Positions 31,602-40,746 of a stretch of DNA of 64,000 nt are shown here, piece after piece. The stretch lies in the NCBI GenBank assembly GCA_900617105.1, contig UYFQ01000001.1:248001-312000 (forward strand), given 5' to 3'. The translations under genes and the position numbers were made by a program. Position 1 is the stretch's first letter; each line of letters begins with the position of its first letter. The notes under the pieces are model-generated. The model was not told where the DNA came from. It searched no databases and saw nothing but the letters and a program-made list of their open reading frames with translations. The DNA comes from Hydrurus foetidus (Eukaryota).

Positions 31602-32189
31602 ATGAAAAAAATTGCCATCATTTACCACAGCACACAAGGCCACACTGGCCACATCGCCGCTCACATTCTGGAAGGTGCCGAATCTGTTTCTGGCATCCAC
31701 GTGACGTTGCTCAAGGCGGATGACTTGATCACAGCGCCCCAGCAACTGCTCGGATTCGATGGCTTCATCTTCGGATCTCCTACCTACCTCGGTGGCGTAT
31801 CGGGCACCTTCAAGTCGTTCATGGATTCGACGGGTGGTCTTTGGAAGAGCCAGGCCCTGAAGGGAAAGCTGTCTGCAGGATTCACAGTTTCCTCGCTGCC
31901 AGCGGGCGACAAGCAATCAACGCTGCTGTCAATGTTCGTTTTTGCCATGCAGCACGGCATGGTCTGGATTGGCAACGCCATCCTGCCGGAGCAGCGCAGC
32001 GGCGTTCCCTACGAGGAAGCTGCCAACAGGCTTGGCTCTTGGTCTGGAATGATGGCGCAGGCGGGTGATTCCGCCGCGGCTGACTCTTTTGTGCCGGGCG
32101 ATATCAGGACCGCACATATGTTTGGCCGCAACGTGGCCGATGCGCTTGTGAGGATGTCTTTCGCGGTGCCGTTGGAGGTCACACAATGA
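31602..32189 (+). CDS. Flavodoxin-like / WrbA-type NAD(P)H:quinone oxidoreductase
   Basis: YHSTQGHT, FGSPTYLG, GDKQSTL, AMQHGMVW and NRLGS. Confidence 0.88.
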   Translation: MKKIAIIYHSTQGHTGHIAAHILEGAESVSGIHVTLLKADDLITAPQQLLGFDGFIFGSPTYLGGVSGTFKSFMDSTGGLWKSQALKGKLSAGFTVSSLPAGDKQSTLLSMFVFAMQHGMVWIGNAILPEQRSGVPYEEAANRLGSWSGMMAQAGDSAAADSFVPGDIRTAHMFGRNVADALVRMSFAVPLEVTQ

Positions 32190-32431
32190 TCCCCAGAAAA
32201 TTTGCCCCCTTCCTTTTTGGCTTCTTCCTTTCGGGACTGATGTCACTTGTGGTGTCAGGCATCGCCACGGTCAAGACGGCAGGTGTGGCGCCGGGTTTCC
32301 TTGCGGTGTGGACTTCCTCATGGCTTACGGCATGGTTGTTCGCCTTTCCCGTCGTGCTGATCGCCGCGCCGTTTACCCGTCGCGTTGTCGAGGGCTTGCT
32401 CAGCGCAGAGGTGTTGCCTGGCAAAAAATAA
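32186..32431 (+). CDS. DUF2798-like small membrane protein
   Basis: MIPRKFAP.LF..FLSGLMS...W..SW..AW..AFP. Confidence 0.75.
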   Translation: MIPRKFAPFLFGFFLSGLMSLVVSGIATVKTAGVAPGFLAVWTSSWLTAWLFAFPVVLIAAPFTRRVVEGLLSAEVLPGKK

Positions 32432-32435
32432 TGCA

Positions 32436-33194
32436 TCAAGGTGGGTTGGGTACACACCGCGATTGCGCGACAGCCAGCACCTGTTGCCCAGCATCCTCCA
32501 CCCACCCCACCACCCGCAAGCGCTCATCCCGTGCCCCCGCAGGCACGCTGAGCGAGCGTGATTCTTGGAATGTAAGGTGCTCTTTTTTTGATAGCTTCTT
32601 ACGCCCATCCCATGTGCTGATAAGCAGGTTTCTGACCAAATTCCGTTCCACGGGCGTGCCCTCGGTGCCTGCGGGAACGGTTTCAACCAGCGCCAGCCAA
32701 GCCGTCCAGTGGTCTGAGCCAGGTGCGGTTTTGAATGCTGGCTTCCAAGCGATGGAAGCGCCCACATAGCCGCCCACCGCTGGCCCCATCGCGACGCGCA
32801 GCTTGCCAGTCCTTGAGGCCGCGTCACGTTGCCATGTTTTATCGCTGGCCAGCGCCGGGTTGCCAAGAGATTCCAGCCTGACCAGCGCATCTTGGCTGGC
32901 GACGGCGGACAGCGGCGCGTCATCGCCTTGCGCGCTCGGCACCAACCAGTCCAGCGCCACGCTGCGGCGGTTGGCCGCTTTCGCTGGGTTTGTGCCCCAG
33001 CAGGTTTCGCAGTCGGCGCTGGTGAAGCGCTCTTGCAGCACGCGCGGTGCGGGTACGCCATCGCTGCTGCACGCACTTTGTGCCACGGCAGTTGAGCCAC
33101 CAAAAGCGATATAACCGCATATTAGATGAGCGATAGCAGCTATCAGTTTTGAAGTTGATTTTGACGGTGACGTTGAAGCTATGAAGTGATGCAT
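32436..33194 (-). CDS. Hypothetical exported protein with CxxC (DUF1223/thioredoxin-like)
   Basis: Hydrophobic N-terminus, ERFTSADCETCW and ERNLVRN; start codon uncertain. Confidence 0.6.
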   Translation of the reverse strand: MHHFIASTSPSKSTSKLIAAIAHLICGYIAFGGSTAVAQSACSSDGVPAPRVLQERFTSADCETCWGTNPAKAANRRSVALDWLVPSAQGDDAPLSAVASQDALVRLESLGNPALASDKTWQRDAASRTGKLRVAMGPAVGGYVGASIAWKPAFKTAPGSDHWTAWLALVETVPAGTEGTPVERNLVRNLLISTWDGRKKLSKKEHLTFQESRSLSVPAGARDERLRVVGWVEDAGQQVLAVAQSRCVPNPP

Positions 33195-33217
33195 CCCAGC
33201 CTTTCTACAATCCGGGC

Positions 33218-35689
33218 ATGTTCGCACAATCGCTCTTTGATGATTCGCCCTCTGAATCAGTCGCTCCCAACGCTCCACTCTTACACAACCTCAACCCCGA
33301 GCAACTCGCGGCCGTCACGCTGCCCAGCTTACCGGCCTTGATTTTGGCGGGGGCAGGCTCGGGCAAAACCCGTGTGCTCACCACCCGCATCGCGTGGTTG
33401 CTGCAAACGGGGCAAGTTTCACCCGGTGGCTTGCTGGCTGTCACCTTCACCAACAAGGCCGCTAAAGAGATGCTGCTGCGCCTGGGCACCATGCTGCCGG
33501 TGAACGTGCGTGGCATGTGGATTGGCACCTTCCACGGCCTGTGCAACCGGTTTTTGCGCTCGCATTTCAAGATGGCCAATTTGCCTCAGAGCTTCCAGAT
33601 TCTGGACACGCAAGACCAGCTTTCTGCCATCAAGCGCCTGTGCAAACAGTTCAACGTGGACGAAGAGCGCTACCCGCCCAAGCAATTGCAGTATTTCATC
33701 GGCAATTGCAAAGAAGAGGGGCTGCGTGCCAAAGACGTGGTGCACAGCCAACGCACGCCCGACGAAGCGCTGAAGAAAAAAATCGAGATTTACCAGCTCT
33801 ACGAAGACCAGTGCCAGCGCGAAGGTGTGGTCGATTTCGGCGAGCTGATGCTGCGTTCTTACGAGCTGCTGCGCGACAACGCCCCGGTGCGCGAGCACTA
33901 CCAGCGCCGCTTTCGCCATATCCTGATTGACGAGTTCCAAGACACCAACAAGCTGCAATACGCCTGGATCAAGATGTTCGCGGGCCAGACCGCTGCGAAC
34001 GGCCATTTCGAGCCGTCCGACAACAGCGTGTTCGCGGTGGGTGACGACGACCAAAGCATCTACGCCTTCCGTGGTGCCAGGGTGGGCAACATGGCGGATT
34101 TTGTGCGTGAGTTCAATGTGCAGCACCAGATCAAACTGGAAGAAAACTACCGCAGCTACAGCAATATCCTCGATTCGGCCAACGAACTCATCAGCCACAA
34201 CACCCGGCGCTTGGGTAAAAACCTGCGCACCTCGCAAGGCCCAGGCGAGCCGGTGCGCGTGCTGGAATACCCGACTGACTTGGACGAGGCACGCGGCATG
34301 GTCGAAGAGATGCTGCAACTCATCAAAAAAGAGAGCATTCCGCGCAAGGAAATAGCCGTTCTCTACCGCTCTAACGCCCAAAGCCGGGTGATAGAGACGG
34401 CGCTGTTCAATGCCGGTTTGCCTTACAAGGTGTACGGTGGGTTGCGCTTTTTTGAGCGGGCCGAAGTCAAGCACGCACTGGCCTATTTGCGCCTGCTGGA
34501 AAGCCCGAACGACGACACCAGCTTCCTGCGCGTGGTGAATTTCCCGCCGCGTGGCATCGGTGCGCGTTCCCTGGAGCAGTTGCAAGACGCTGCCCGCGAT
34601 TTGGGGTGCTCGCTGCACGACGCAGTAAGCGGTGTGGGCGGCAAAGTGGGCAGCAAATTCGGCGCGTTTGTGGCCGGGCTGGACGTGGTGCGCGAGAAAT
34701 CCAAGGGGCTGAGCCTGCGCGAAATCATCGAGTTGATTTTGGAACACAGCGGCCTGCTGGCGCATTACAAGGCTGACCGCGAGGGCGAAGACCGGGTAGA
34801 AAATTTGGAAGAACTGGTCAACGCGGCGGAGAGTTTTGTCACCCAGCAAGGCTTTGGCCGCGATGCGGTGGCCTTGCCGCTGGACGAGTGGAAGGCTGCG
34901 GCGACGGGGGGCGCGCTACCGAAAGACACGTTTTCCCCCGTGCCGCAGGCGCAGGGCGATAACTTCTTGATCGACGATGCTGCCGACACCGGTGAAACCC
35001 TGTCGCCTCTCATCGCCTTTTTGAACCATGCCTCACTCGAAGCTGGCGACAACCAAGCCAAATCCGGTGAGGATGCCATTCAACTGATGACGGTGCATTC
35101 CTCCAAAGGTTTGGAGTTCGATTGCGTGTTCATCACCGGCTTGGAAGAAGGCTTGTTCCCCCACGAGAACGCCGCCAGCGACCGCGATGGCCTTGAGGAA
35201 GAGCGCCGCTTGATGTACGTCGCCATCACCCGCGCCCGCGCCCGCCTGTACCTCAGCTTTTCGCAAACCCGTATGCTGCACGGCCAAACGCGGTTCAACC
35301 TGCGCAGCCGCTTCTTTGACGAACTGCCCGAAGCCGCGTTGAAGTGGATCACACCCAAGCGCCAAGGGTTTGGGCAAGGGTTTGGATCAGGGAACAGTTC
35401 AGGATTTGCTAGCAATTCAATAGCTGGTAGCAATCGTGGATACAGCGCATTTGGCGGTTCTGGTGCCAGTATTGCCACCCCTGCGGCGGTGCCGGTGCAA
35501 AAGCAAGCCACTGCCACCGGCCCGAACGCCTGGGTGCGTGCGGGTTCGCAGGTGTTCCACAACAAGTTTGGCGAAGGCAGCGTGGTGTCGCTGGAAGGCA
35601 CGGGTGAGGATGCCCGCGCTCAAGTCAAGTTTGGCCGCCACGGCATCAAGTGGCTGGCGTTGGGGATCGCGAAATTGACACCGGTGTAA
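33218..35689 (+). CDS. uvrD: ATP-dependent DNA helicase UvrD
   Basis: LAGAGSGKT, TFTNKAA, DEFQD, VGDDDQSIYAFRGA, LEENYRS, MTVHSSKGLEF and EERRLMYVAITRA. Confidence 0.95.
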   Translation: MFAQSLFDDSPSESVAPNAPLLHNLNPEQLAAVTLPSLPALILAGAGSGKTRVLTTRIAWLLQTGQVSPGGLLAVTFTNKAAKEMLLRLGTMLPVNVRGMWIGTFHGLCNRFLRSHFKMANLPQSFQILDTQDQLSAIKRLCKQFNVDEERYPPKQLQYFIGNCKEEGLRAKDVVHSQRTPDEALKKKIEIYQLYEDQCQREGVVDFGELMLRSYELLRDNAPVREHYQRRFRHILIDEFQDTNKLQYAWIKMFAGQTAANGHFEPSDNSVFAVGDDDQSIYAFRGARVGNMADFVREFNVQHQIKLEENYRSYSNILDSANELISHNTRRLGKNLRTSQGPGEPVRVLEYPTDLDEARGMVEEMLQLIKKESIPRKEIAVLYRSNAQSRVIETALFNAGLPYKVYGGLRFFERAEVKHALAYLRLLESPNDDTSFLRVVNFPPRGIGARSLEQLQDAARDLGCSLHDAVSGVGGKVGSKFGAFVAGLDVVREKSKGLSLREIIELILEHSGLLAHYKADREGEDRVENLEELVNAAESFVTQQGFGRDAVALPLDEWKAAATGGALPKDTFSPVPQAQGDNFLIDDAADTGETLSPLIAFLNHASLEAGDNQAKSGEDAIQLMTVHSSKGLEFDCVFITGLEEGLFPHENAASDRDGLEEERRLMYVAITRARARLYLSFSQTRMLHGQTRFNLRSRFFDELPEAALKWITPKRQGFGQGFGSGNSSGFASNSIAGSNRGYSAFGGSGASIATPAAVPVQKQATATGPNAWVRAGSQVFHNKFGEGSVVSLEGTGEDARAQVKFGRHGIKWLALGIAKLTPV

Positions 35690-35744
35690 GCAGCCTTCAA
35701 AATCCCCAATCCGCCCGCTTTCTTTGTTCAACCCAGGCATCTTC

Positions 35745-36206
35745 ATGAAATTATTTGCTTCTTCCTTGGCAGCTGCGCTGTTGCTTTGCAGCGGTGTCAC
35801 TTTTGCCGCCGACACTCCTTCAGGCCCCACCGTCAACGAACGCCTGACCACAGCGCGCAAAGCCATTGAGGCGAAAAACTGGAATGCAGCGCAAACCGAG
35901 TTGAACGCCGCAGTGCGCGACGAGCCGCGTAACGCAGACATCCACAACCTGCTGGGCTACACCGCCCGAAAACGCGCCAGCCCTGATTTACCCAAAGCCT
36001 TTGAACACTACAAAAAAGCGCTGCAACTCGACCCCCGCCACAAGGGCGCACACGAGTACATCGGTGAGGCTTACTTGATGGCCAAGCAGCCCGAAGAAGC
36101 GCAAAAGCACTTGGCTGAGTTAGAGAAAATTTGTGGCAACAAGACCTGCGAAGAGTATGAGGATTTGGCCAAGTCGATGGAGGCTTACAAGGCCAGCGCC
36201 AAGTAA
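35745..36206 (+). CDS. Exported tetratricopeptide repeat protein
   Basis: Signal peptide; NADIHNLLGY and HKGAHEYIGEAYL TPR-like helices. Confidence 0.85.
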   Translation: MKLFASSLAAALLLCSGVTFAADTPSGPTVNERLTTARKAIEAKNWNAAQTELNAAVRDEPRNADIHNLLGYTARKRASPDLPKAFEHYKKALQLDPRHKGAHEYIGEAYLMAKQPEEAQKHLAELEKICGNKTCEEYEDLAKSMEAYKASAK

Positions 36207-36389
36207 TGCAGGCTCAGCGCTAAGTCCTCAAGGTCAACCCGACCTTGAACCAGATCGTCTTCCTCAAAGTCTGCACGGTACCGGGCTACGAGTGCAGCTG
36301 GGTTGGCGCTGAAGGCTTGCAGGCGAGCCGCTAATCAACGCGATGTGCGCAGTCTCGTAGAGTGTCAGGGCGTATTCTTGGTTTGCCAT
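36185..36389 (-). pseudogene. Internally deleted remnant, possibly an AbiEii-like nucleotidyltransferase toxin
   Basis: Start MANQEYALTLYETAHIALI overlaps the upstream gene; joined out of frame to AARLQAFSANPAALVARYRADFEEDDLVQGRVDLEDLALSLHYL; family assignment from recall only. Confidence 0.4.
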
Positions 36390-36853
36390 GCTTGTAAGGC
36401 TGTGTTGTGCTGGTATTGCTGCTGGTGCTCAAGTTGCAAGAGGGCTGCTGCCAGCAGTACAAAAACCTCTTGTTTGTCGCTGTCGCGCGGCATCCAATCG
36501 TCAAGCCGTACAAAATCAGGAGATTCGCCCCGCAGCACTGCTGCCAGCACCAAATCGGCGATGGCACGGGCATGGCTGGCGGCATAGACTGTGCCGCCAA
36601 TGTGCGGGATTTGCAGGGACTCCACCAGTGCTGTGCATTCAAAAACCCCTTGGCTGCCCAGCAAAGAGGTCGTGTCAGTTGGGCAACCGACACCCGAAAT
36701 AAAGGAGCGAGACTGGGTTTTGCGCGGGTTGAAAAAGGTTTGCACCATGTGCCAATCCCCTGTGCCTTGGGGGGAGGGTAAATTGAGTGCTGCCATGCCG
36801 CCCAGGTAGTGGGTCGGGGACGTGGCTGGGATGATGGGAGGGGCCTGCTGCAT
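36365..36853 (-). CDS. Hypothetical protein, possible type IV (AbiE-like) antitoxin
   Basis: IPATSPTHYLGGMAALNLPSPQGTGDWH and VYAASHARAIADL (compare the xTxERxxxD motif of AbiEi-type proteins). Confidence 0.5.
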   Translation of the reverse strand: MQQAPPIIPATSPTHYLGGMAALNLPSPQGTGDWHMVQTFFNPRKTQSRSFISGVGCPTDTTSLLGSQGVFECTALVESLQIPHIGGTVYAASHARAIADLVLAAVLRGESPDFVRLDDWMPRDSDKQEVFVLLAAALLQLEHQQQYQHNTALQAWQTKNTP

Positions 36854-36879
36854 GGCTGGATTGTCCACAAAACCGGAAA

Positions 36880-38304
36880 TCAGTGTTCCTGATCCGCCAG
36901 CCAGTGGCCCAGCCACGCATACAGTGCCGCGCTGTTCTCCTGGCACTGTGCCACGTTGAAGCGCATCCAAGGGTGTGCGCCTTGCGTGGTGGCGAACAAA
37001 TGACCCGGCCCCAGCATCACGCCTTGGGTGCTGGCAAACACCGCCAGCGCAGCGGGGTTAGGGATGCGAGGGTGCCATGCCCACAAGAACAGCCCGGCCT
37101 TGGGCTCGGAAAACATAGTAAACCCCAGGCTTTTGAGCTGCGCCGCGCAGTCGGCATGGGCCTGGCTTAAGCGTGCGTGCAGGCTGCGCACATGACGCGG
37201 GCGGTGCGAATCGCACAAGGCCAGATGCACGATGCGTTCGATCAGTTCTGAGCTGGTCAAGCCAGCCAGCATTTTGAGCTGGGCCAAATCCGGCATGGTG
37301 TCCGCGTGGGCCAACAAGTAGCCGCTGCGCAGGCTGGGCGCTAGGGAGTTGGAGAAACTGCCCACATAGATGACCCGTGCCAGGTTATCCAAACTGGCGA
37401 GCGTGGGGCGCAGCTCCGCATCCAAGTCGCCGTAACTGTCGTTTTCAATCAGCAGCATGTCGTGCATTTCCGCTATGCGCAAAACTTGGTACAGCTGCTG
37501 TTGTGAGGCTACCGAGCCAGTCGGGCTGTGCAGCCGAGGTTGGGTGAAGAAAAGCTTGGGGCGCAGACGCTTGACAGACGCTTCCAGCACGGCCAAATCC
37601 CAACCCTGAGGTGAACGAGGGATGCCTTGCAGCACCGCACCCGCCAAACGCAAGCTGCTGTTGAGGTTGGGGTGACCAGGTTCATCCACAAGCACGATGT
37701 CGCCCGGTGTCACCCAGCGGCGCACCGCTAAATCCAGCGCCTGGCTGGCCCCGTGGGTCAGCAGCACCTGATGGGGTTGCACGGTAATGGCTTGCTGGTA
37801 CAAGTTGTTGCAGACCCTTTGGCGCAGCGGCAAGTAGCCCAGGGGTTCTCCGTAGCCTCCCAGTGTCATCGGGTCGTTTGCGGTCAGTTGGCGCATGGCA
37901 CGCCGCACGCCAGCCTCAAACAACCAGCTTTCAGGCAGCCAGTCGCAGTCTGCTTTGATGGGCAAGTGCTGGTTCTCGAAAATGCGTTGTGAGTACCAAT
38001 GGTTGTCAAAGCTGCTGCTAGACAGGGCAGCAGGCGAAGCAGGGGCGGCGGGAATGAGGGGTGCGGTGATGCGTTGGCATACAAAAAAACCGGCATTCAG
38101 TCGGGACACGGTATAGCCCAGCGCGACCAAGCGGTCATACGCTTCCACCACGGTAAACACGCTGACTCCGTTGGAGTGCGCAAATTGCCGAATAGAAGGC
38201 AGCTTTGCACCGGTTCTCAGTTGCTCGGAATCGATCAAGTGCACCAGCCCGTCAACGATTTGTGCCACCAAGGGGCTGCCATTGCGAAATTCAAACTTAA
38301 ACAT
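36880..38304 (-). CDS. MocR/GabR family regulator (GntR HTH + aminotransferase-like domain)
   Basis: KLPSIRQFA...VSVFTVVEAYDRL HTH; GYLPLR, GASQALDL, SPTG and MRFN. Confidence 0.92.
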   Translation of the reverse strand: MFKFEFRNGSPLVAQIVDGLVHLIDSEQLRTGAKLPSIRQFAHSNGVSVFTVVEAYDRLVALGYTVSRLNAGFFVCQRITAPLIPAAPASPAALSSSSFDNHWYSQRIFENQHLPIKADCDWLPESWLFEAGVRRAMRQLTANDPMTLGGYGEPLGYLPLRQRVCNNLYQQAITVQPHQVLLTHGASQALDLAVRRWVTPGDIVLVDEPGHPNLNSSLRLAGAVLQGIPRSPQGWDLAVLEASVKRLRPKLFFTQPRLHSPTGSVASQQQLYQVLRIAEMHDMLLIENDSYGDLDAELRPTLASLDNLARVIYVGSFSNSLAPSLRSGYLLAHADTMPDLAQLKMLAGLTSSELIERIVHLALCDSHRPRHVRSLHARLSQAHADCAAQLKSLGFTMFSEPKAGLFLWAWHPRIPNPAALAVFASTQGVMLGPGHLFATTQGAHPWMRFNVAQCQENSAALYAWLGHWLADQEH

Positions 38305-38465
38305 CTGCGCTGATTTGAAACGCAATCGTGGTGTGCGTTGCGAGGGTTTCTTTGTACAGGTTGATTCACCAGCACGTACTGTGCCAAAAGAGCTTCCGGT
38401 GTATATGGTGCGGGCGGGCAGAGGCGCTAACAATGGAGTACATCACTTCACACGAAGCCACACCT

Positions 38466-39593
38466 ATGCCAACGAGCTCGTTTACCGTCAGCCCCGCACA
38501 GACATCCCTTTCGGCGATGCCTTTGGTTCGATTTTCTGGAGTTCAAAAAACCTATGACGGCACACAGCTGGTGGTGCGGGATTTAAATTTAGAGATCCAA
38601 AGCGGTGAATTCCTTACCCTGCTAGGCCCTTCAGGCTCAGGAAAAACCACCACCTTGATGATGCTGGCCGGGTTTGAGTCGCCCACATCCGGTGAGATTT
38701 TTCTGAGCGAGCGTGCCATTACCCGCACCCCTCCGCACAAGCGCAACTTTGGCATGGTTTTCCAAAACTACGCCCTGTTCCCGCACATGACGGTGGAGCA
38801 GAACGTGGCCTACCCTTTGACGGTGCGCAATGTGCCCAAAGCCCAACGTGAAGAGCGCGTTGCCCGTGCGCTGGATTCGGTGCAGCTGCGGGGCAAAAAC
38901 AGTCAGTTTCCAGCCCAACTCTCGGGGGGGCAGCAGCAGCGCGTGGCGCTGGCCCGCGCGATGGTGTTCGAGCCGCAATTGGTGCTGATGGATGAGCCAT
39001 TGGGTGCGCTGGACAAGCAGTTGCGCGAGCATATGCAAATTGAGTTGAAAGAGTTGCATAAAAAGCTGGGTGTGACCTTCGTCTACGTGACCCACGACCA
39101 AAGCGAAGCGCTGACGATGAGCGATCGTGTGGCCGTATTCAACGACGGCATCATTCAGCAACTCGCGCCGGTGCTGTCGCTGTATGAGACCCCTGTCAAC
39201 CGCTTTGTGGCTGGTTTTGTGGGCGACAACACACCCTTGAAAGGCCAATGTGGCAGCACGGAAGGTGGCTTGTGTGAGGTCACGCTGCCCGGTGCTGTGA
39301 CCCGCTGCCTGGGCGTGAATGTCAATGCGGCGCACAACGGTGCCGAGGTGGTTGCCAGCGTGCGGCCTGAGCGCATCGTGGTGTACACCCAATCCCCCCT
39401 GCCTGAGTTGAATGTGTTCAAAGCCGTGCTCGCTGATCTTTTGTATTTTGGTGACCACCTGAGGTTGCGCTGCGTGGTGGAAGGTCAGGGGGTGGTGACG
39501 GTGAAATTGCCGTTGTCCAGCGTGTCGCCACCTGAGCGTGGCGATGCCTTGTGGCTGCATGTAGCCCCTGAGCATTTGCGCGTTTACCTGTGA
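38466..39593 (+). CDS. Polyamine/GABA-type ABC transporter ATP-binding protein (PotA-like; start uncertain)
   Basis: [25 protein letters not shown] and VTHDQSEA plus TOBE tail. Confidence 0.92.
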   Translation: MPTSSFTVSPAQTSLSAMPLVRFSGVQKTYDGTQLVVRDLNLEIQSGEFLTLLGPSGSGKTTTLMMLAGFESPTSGEIFLSERAITRTPPHKRNFGMVFQNYALFPHMTVEQNVAYPLTVRNVPKAQREERVARALDSVQLRGKNSQFPAQLSGGQQQRVALARAMVFEPQLVLMDEPLGALDKQLREHMQIELKELHKKLGVTFVYVTHDQSEALTMSDRVAVFNDGIIQQLAPVLSLYETPVNRFVAGFVGDNTPLKGQCGSTEGGLCEVTLPGAVTRCLGVNVNAAHNGAEVVASVRPERIVVYTQSPLPELNVFKAVLADLLYFGDHLRLRCVVEGQGVVTVKLPLSSVSPPERGDALWLHVAPEHLRVYL

Positions 39594-39643
39594 TTCTGTT
39601 GATTTTGGTGTGATTTTTAGTGTTGTTTTTTAACTGGAGAAAA

Positions 39644-40693
39644 ATGCGTATGAAGACTTTTTCACGACTCACCTCGGTGGCGCTCGCGGCTGCAGCGGTG
39701 TTGGCCTTGCCTGCTCTGGCACAAACCCAACTCAACATCATTAACTTTGGTGGTGCCAACGGCAATGCGCAAAAGAAAGCGTTTTACGAACCCTATGAAA
39801 AAACTGGGGCCGCCAAAATCATCGGTGTGGAATACAACGGCGAACAAGCCAAGATTAAAGCGATGGTTGAGGCCGGTAAAGTAACGTGGGATGTGGTGGA
39901 AGTCGAGTCTCCTGATGTGAGCCGAGGCTGCGACGAAGGTTTGTTCGAGAAAATCGACTGGACCAAAATGGGCAACAAAGCTGACTTTGTGCCAGCGGCA
40001 GTCCAGGAATGTGGCGTGGGCGTGTTTGTGTGGTCGACCGTGATGGCTTACAACGCGGACAAACTGAAAACCCCACCGCGCAGCTGGGCTGACTTTTGGG
40101 ATGTGAAGAATACACCCGGCAAACGCGGCATGCGCAAAGGCGCTCGCTACAACCTCGAATTCGCGCTGATGGCCGATGGCGTGGCCACCGCCGATGTGTA
40201 CAAGGTCTTGGCCACCAAAGCCGGTGCTGAACGTGCTTTTGCCAAGCTGACCCAGCTGCGCCCCAGCATCCAATGGTGGGAAGCCGGTGCGCAACCCCCG
40301 CAGTTCTTGGTGGCAGGCGACGTCATCATGAGCACCGTTTACAACGGGCGCATTGATGCAGCCAACCGTGAAGGCAAAAACCTCGGCATTGGCTGGACGG
40401 GTGGTATCTACGATCTGGACTACTGGGTTATCCCCAAAGGCACGCCGAACAAAGACGCTGCCGCCAAGTTCATCGCCTACGCCAGCAGCCCAGCAGCCCA
40501 AGCCGAATACGCCCGCAACATTGCTTACGGCCCGGTGAACAACAAGGCGCTGGCCCAACTCAGTGAAAAAGTGCTGGTCAACCTGCCCACCTCACCTGCC
40601 AATGCGAAAGACTCGTTGCAGTTCAACGTGAAGTTCTGGGCAGACCAGGGTGAAGAGTTGGAAAAGCGTTTCGCCGCTTGGGCCACGCAATAA
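39644..40693 (+). CDS. Polyamine-type ABC transporter substrate-binding protein
   Basis: Signal peptide; WDVVEVE, SWADFWD..PGKR, LEFALMADGV and YNGR. Confidence 0.9.
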   Translation: MRMKTFSRLTSVALAAAAVLALPALAQTQLNIINFGGANGNAQKKAFYEPYEKTGAAKIIGVEYNGEQAKIKAMVEAGKVTWDVVEVESPDVSRGCDEGLFEKIDWTKMGNKADFVPAAVQECGVGVFVWSTVMAYNADKLKTPPRSWADFWDVKNTPGKRGMRKGARYNLEFALMADGVATADVYKVLATKAGAERAFAKLTQLRPSIQWWEAGAQPPQFLVAGDVIMSTVYNGRIDAANREGKNLGIGWTGGIYDLDYWVIPKGTPNKDAAAKFIAYASSPAAQAEYARNIAYGPVNNKALAQLSEKVLVNLPTSPANAKDSLQFNVKFWADQGEELEKRFAAWATQ

Positions 40694-40746
40694 GTTGAAA
40701 TTCGTCGCAATTCGCCATTGACCGGCAATACAACAAGGCACAGCCC

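Noticed and set aside
33419..34849. Long antisense ORFs opposite uvrD (and similarly opposite gyrA, the ABC genes and the FAD monooxygenase)
   Set aside because: Expected from high-GC codon bias; no protein-family features.
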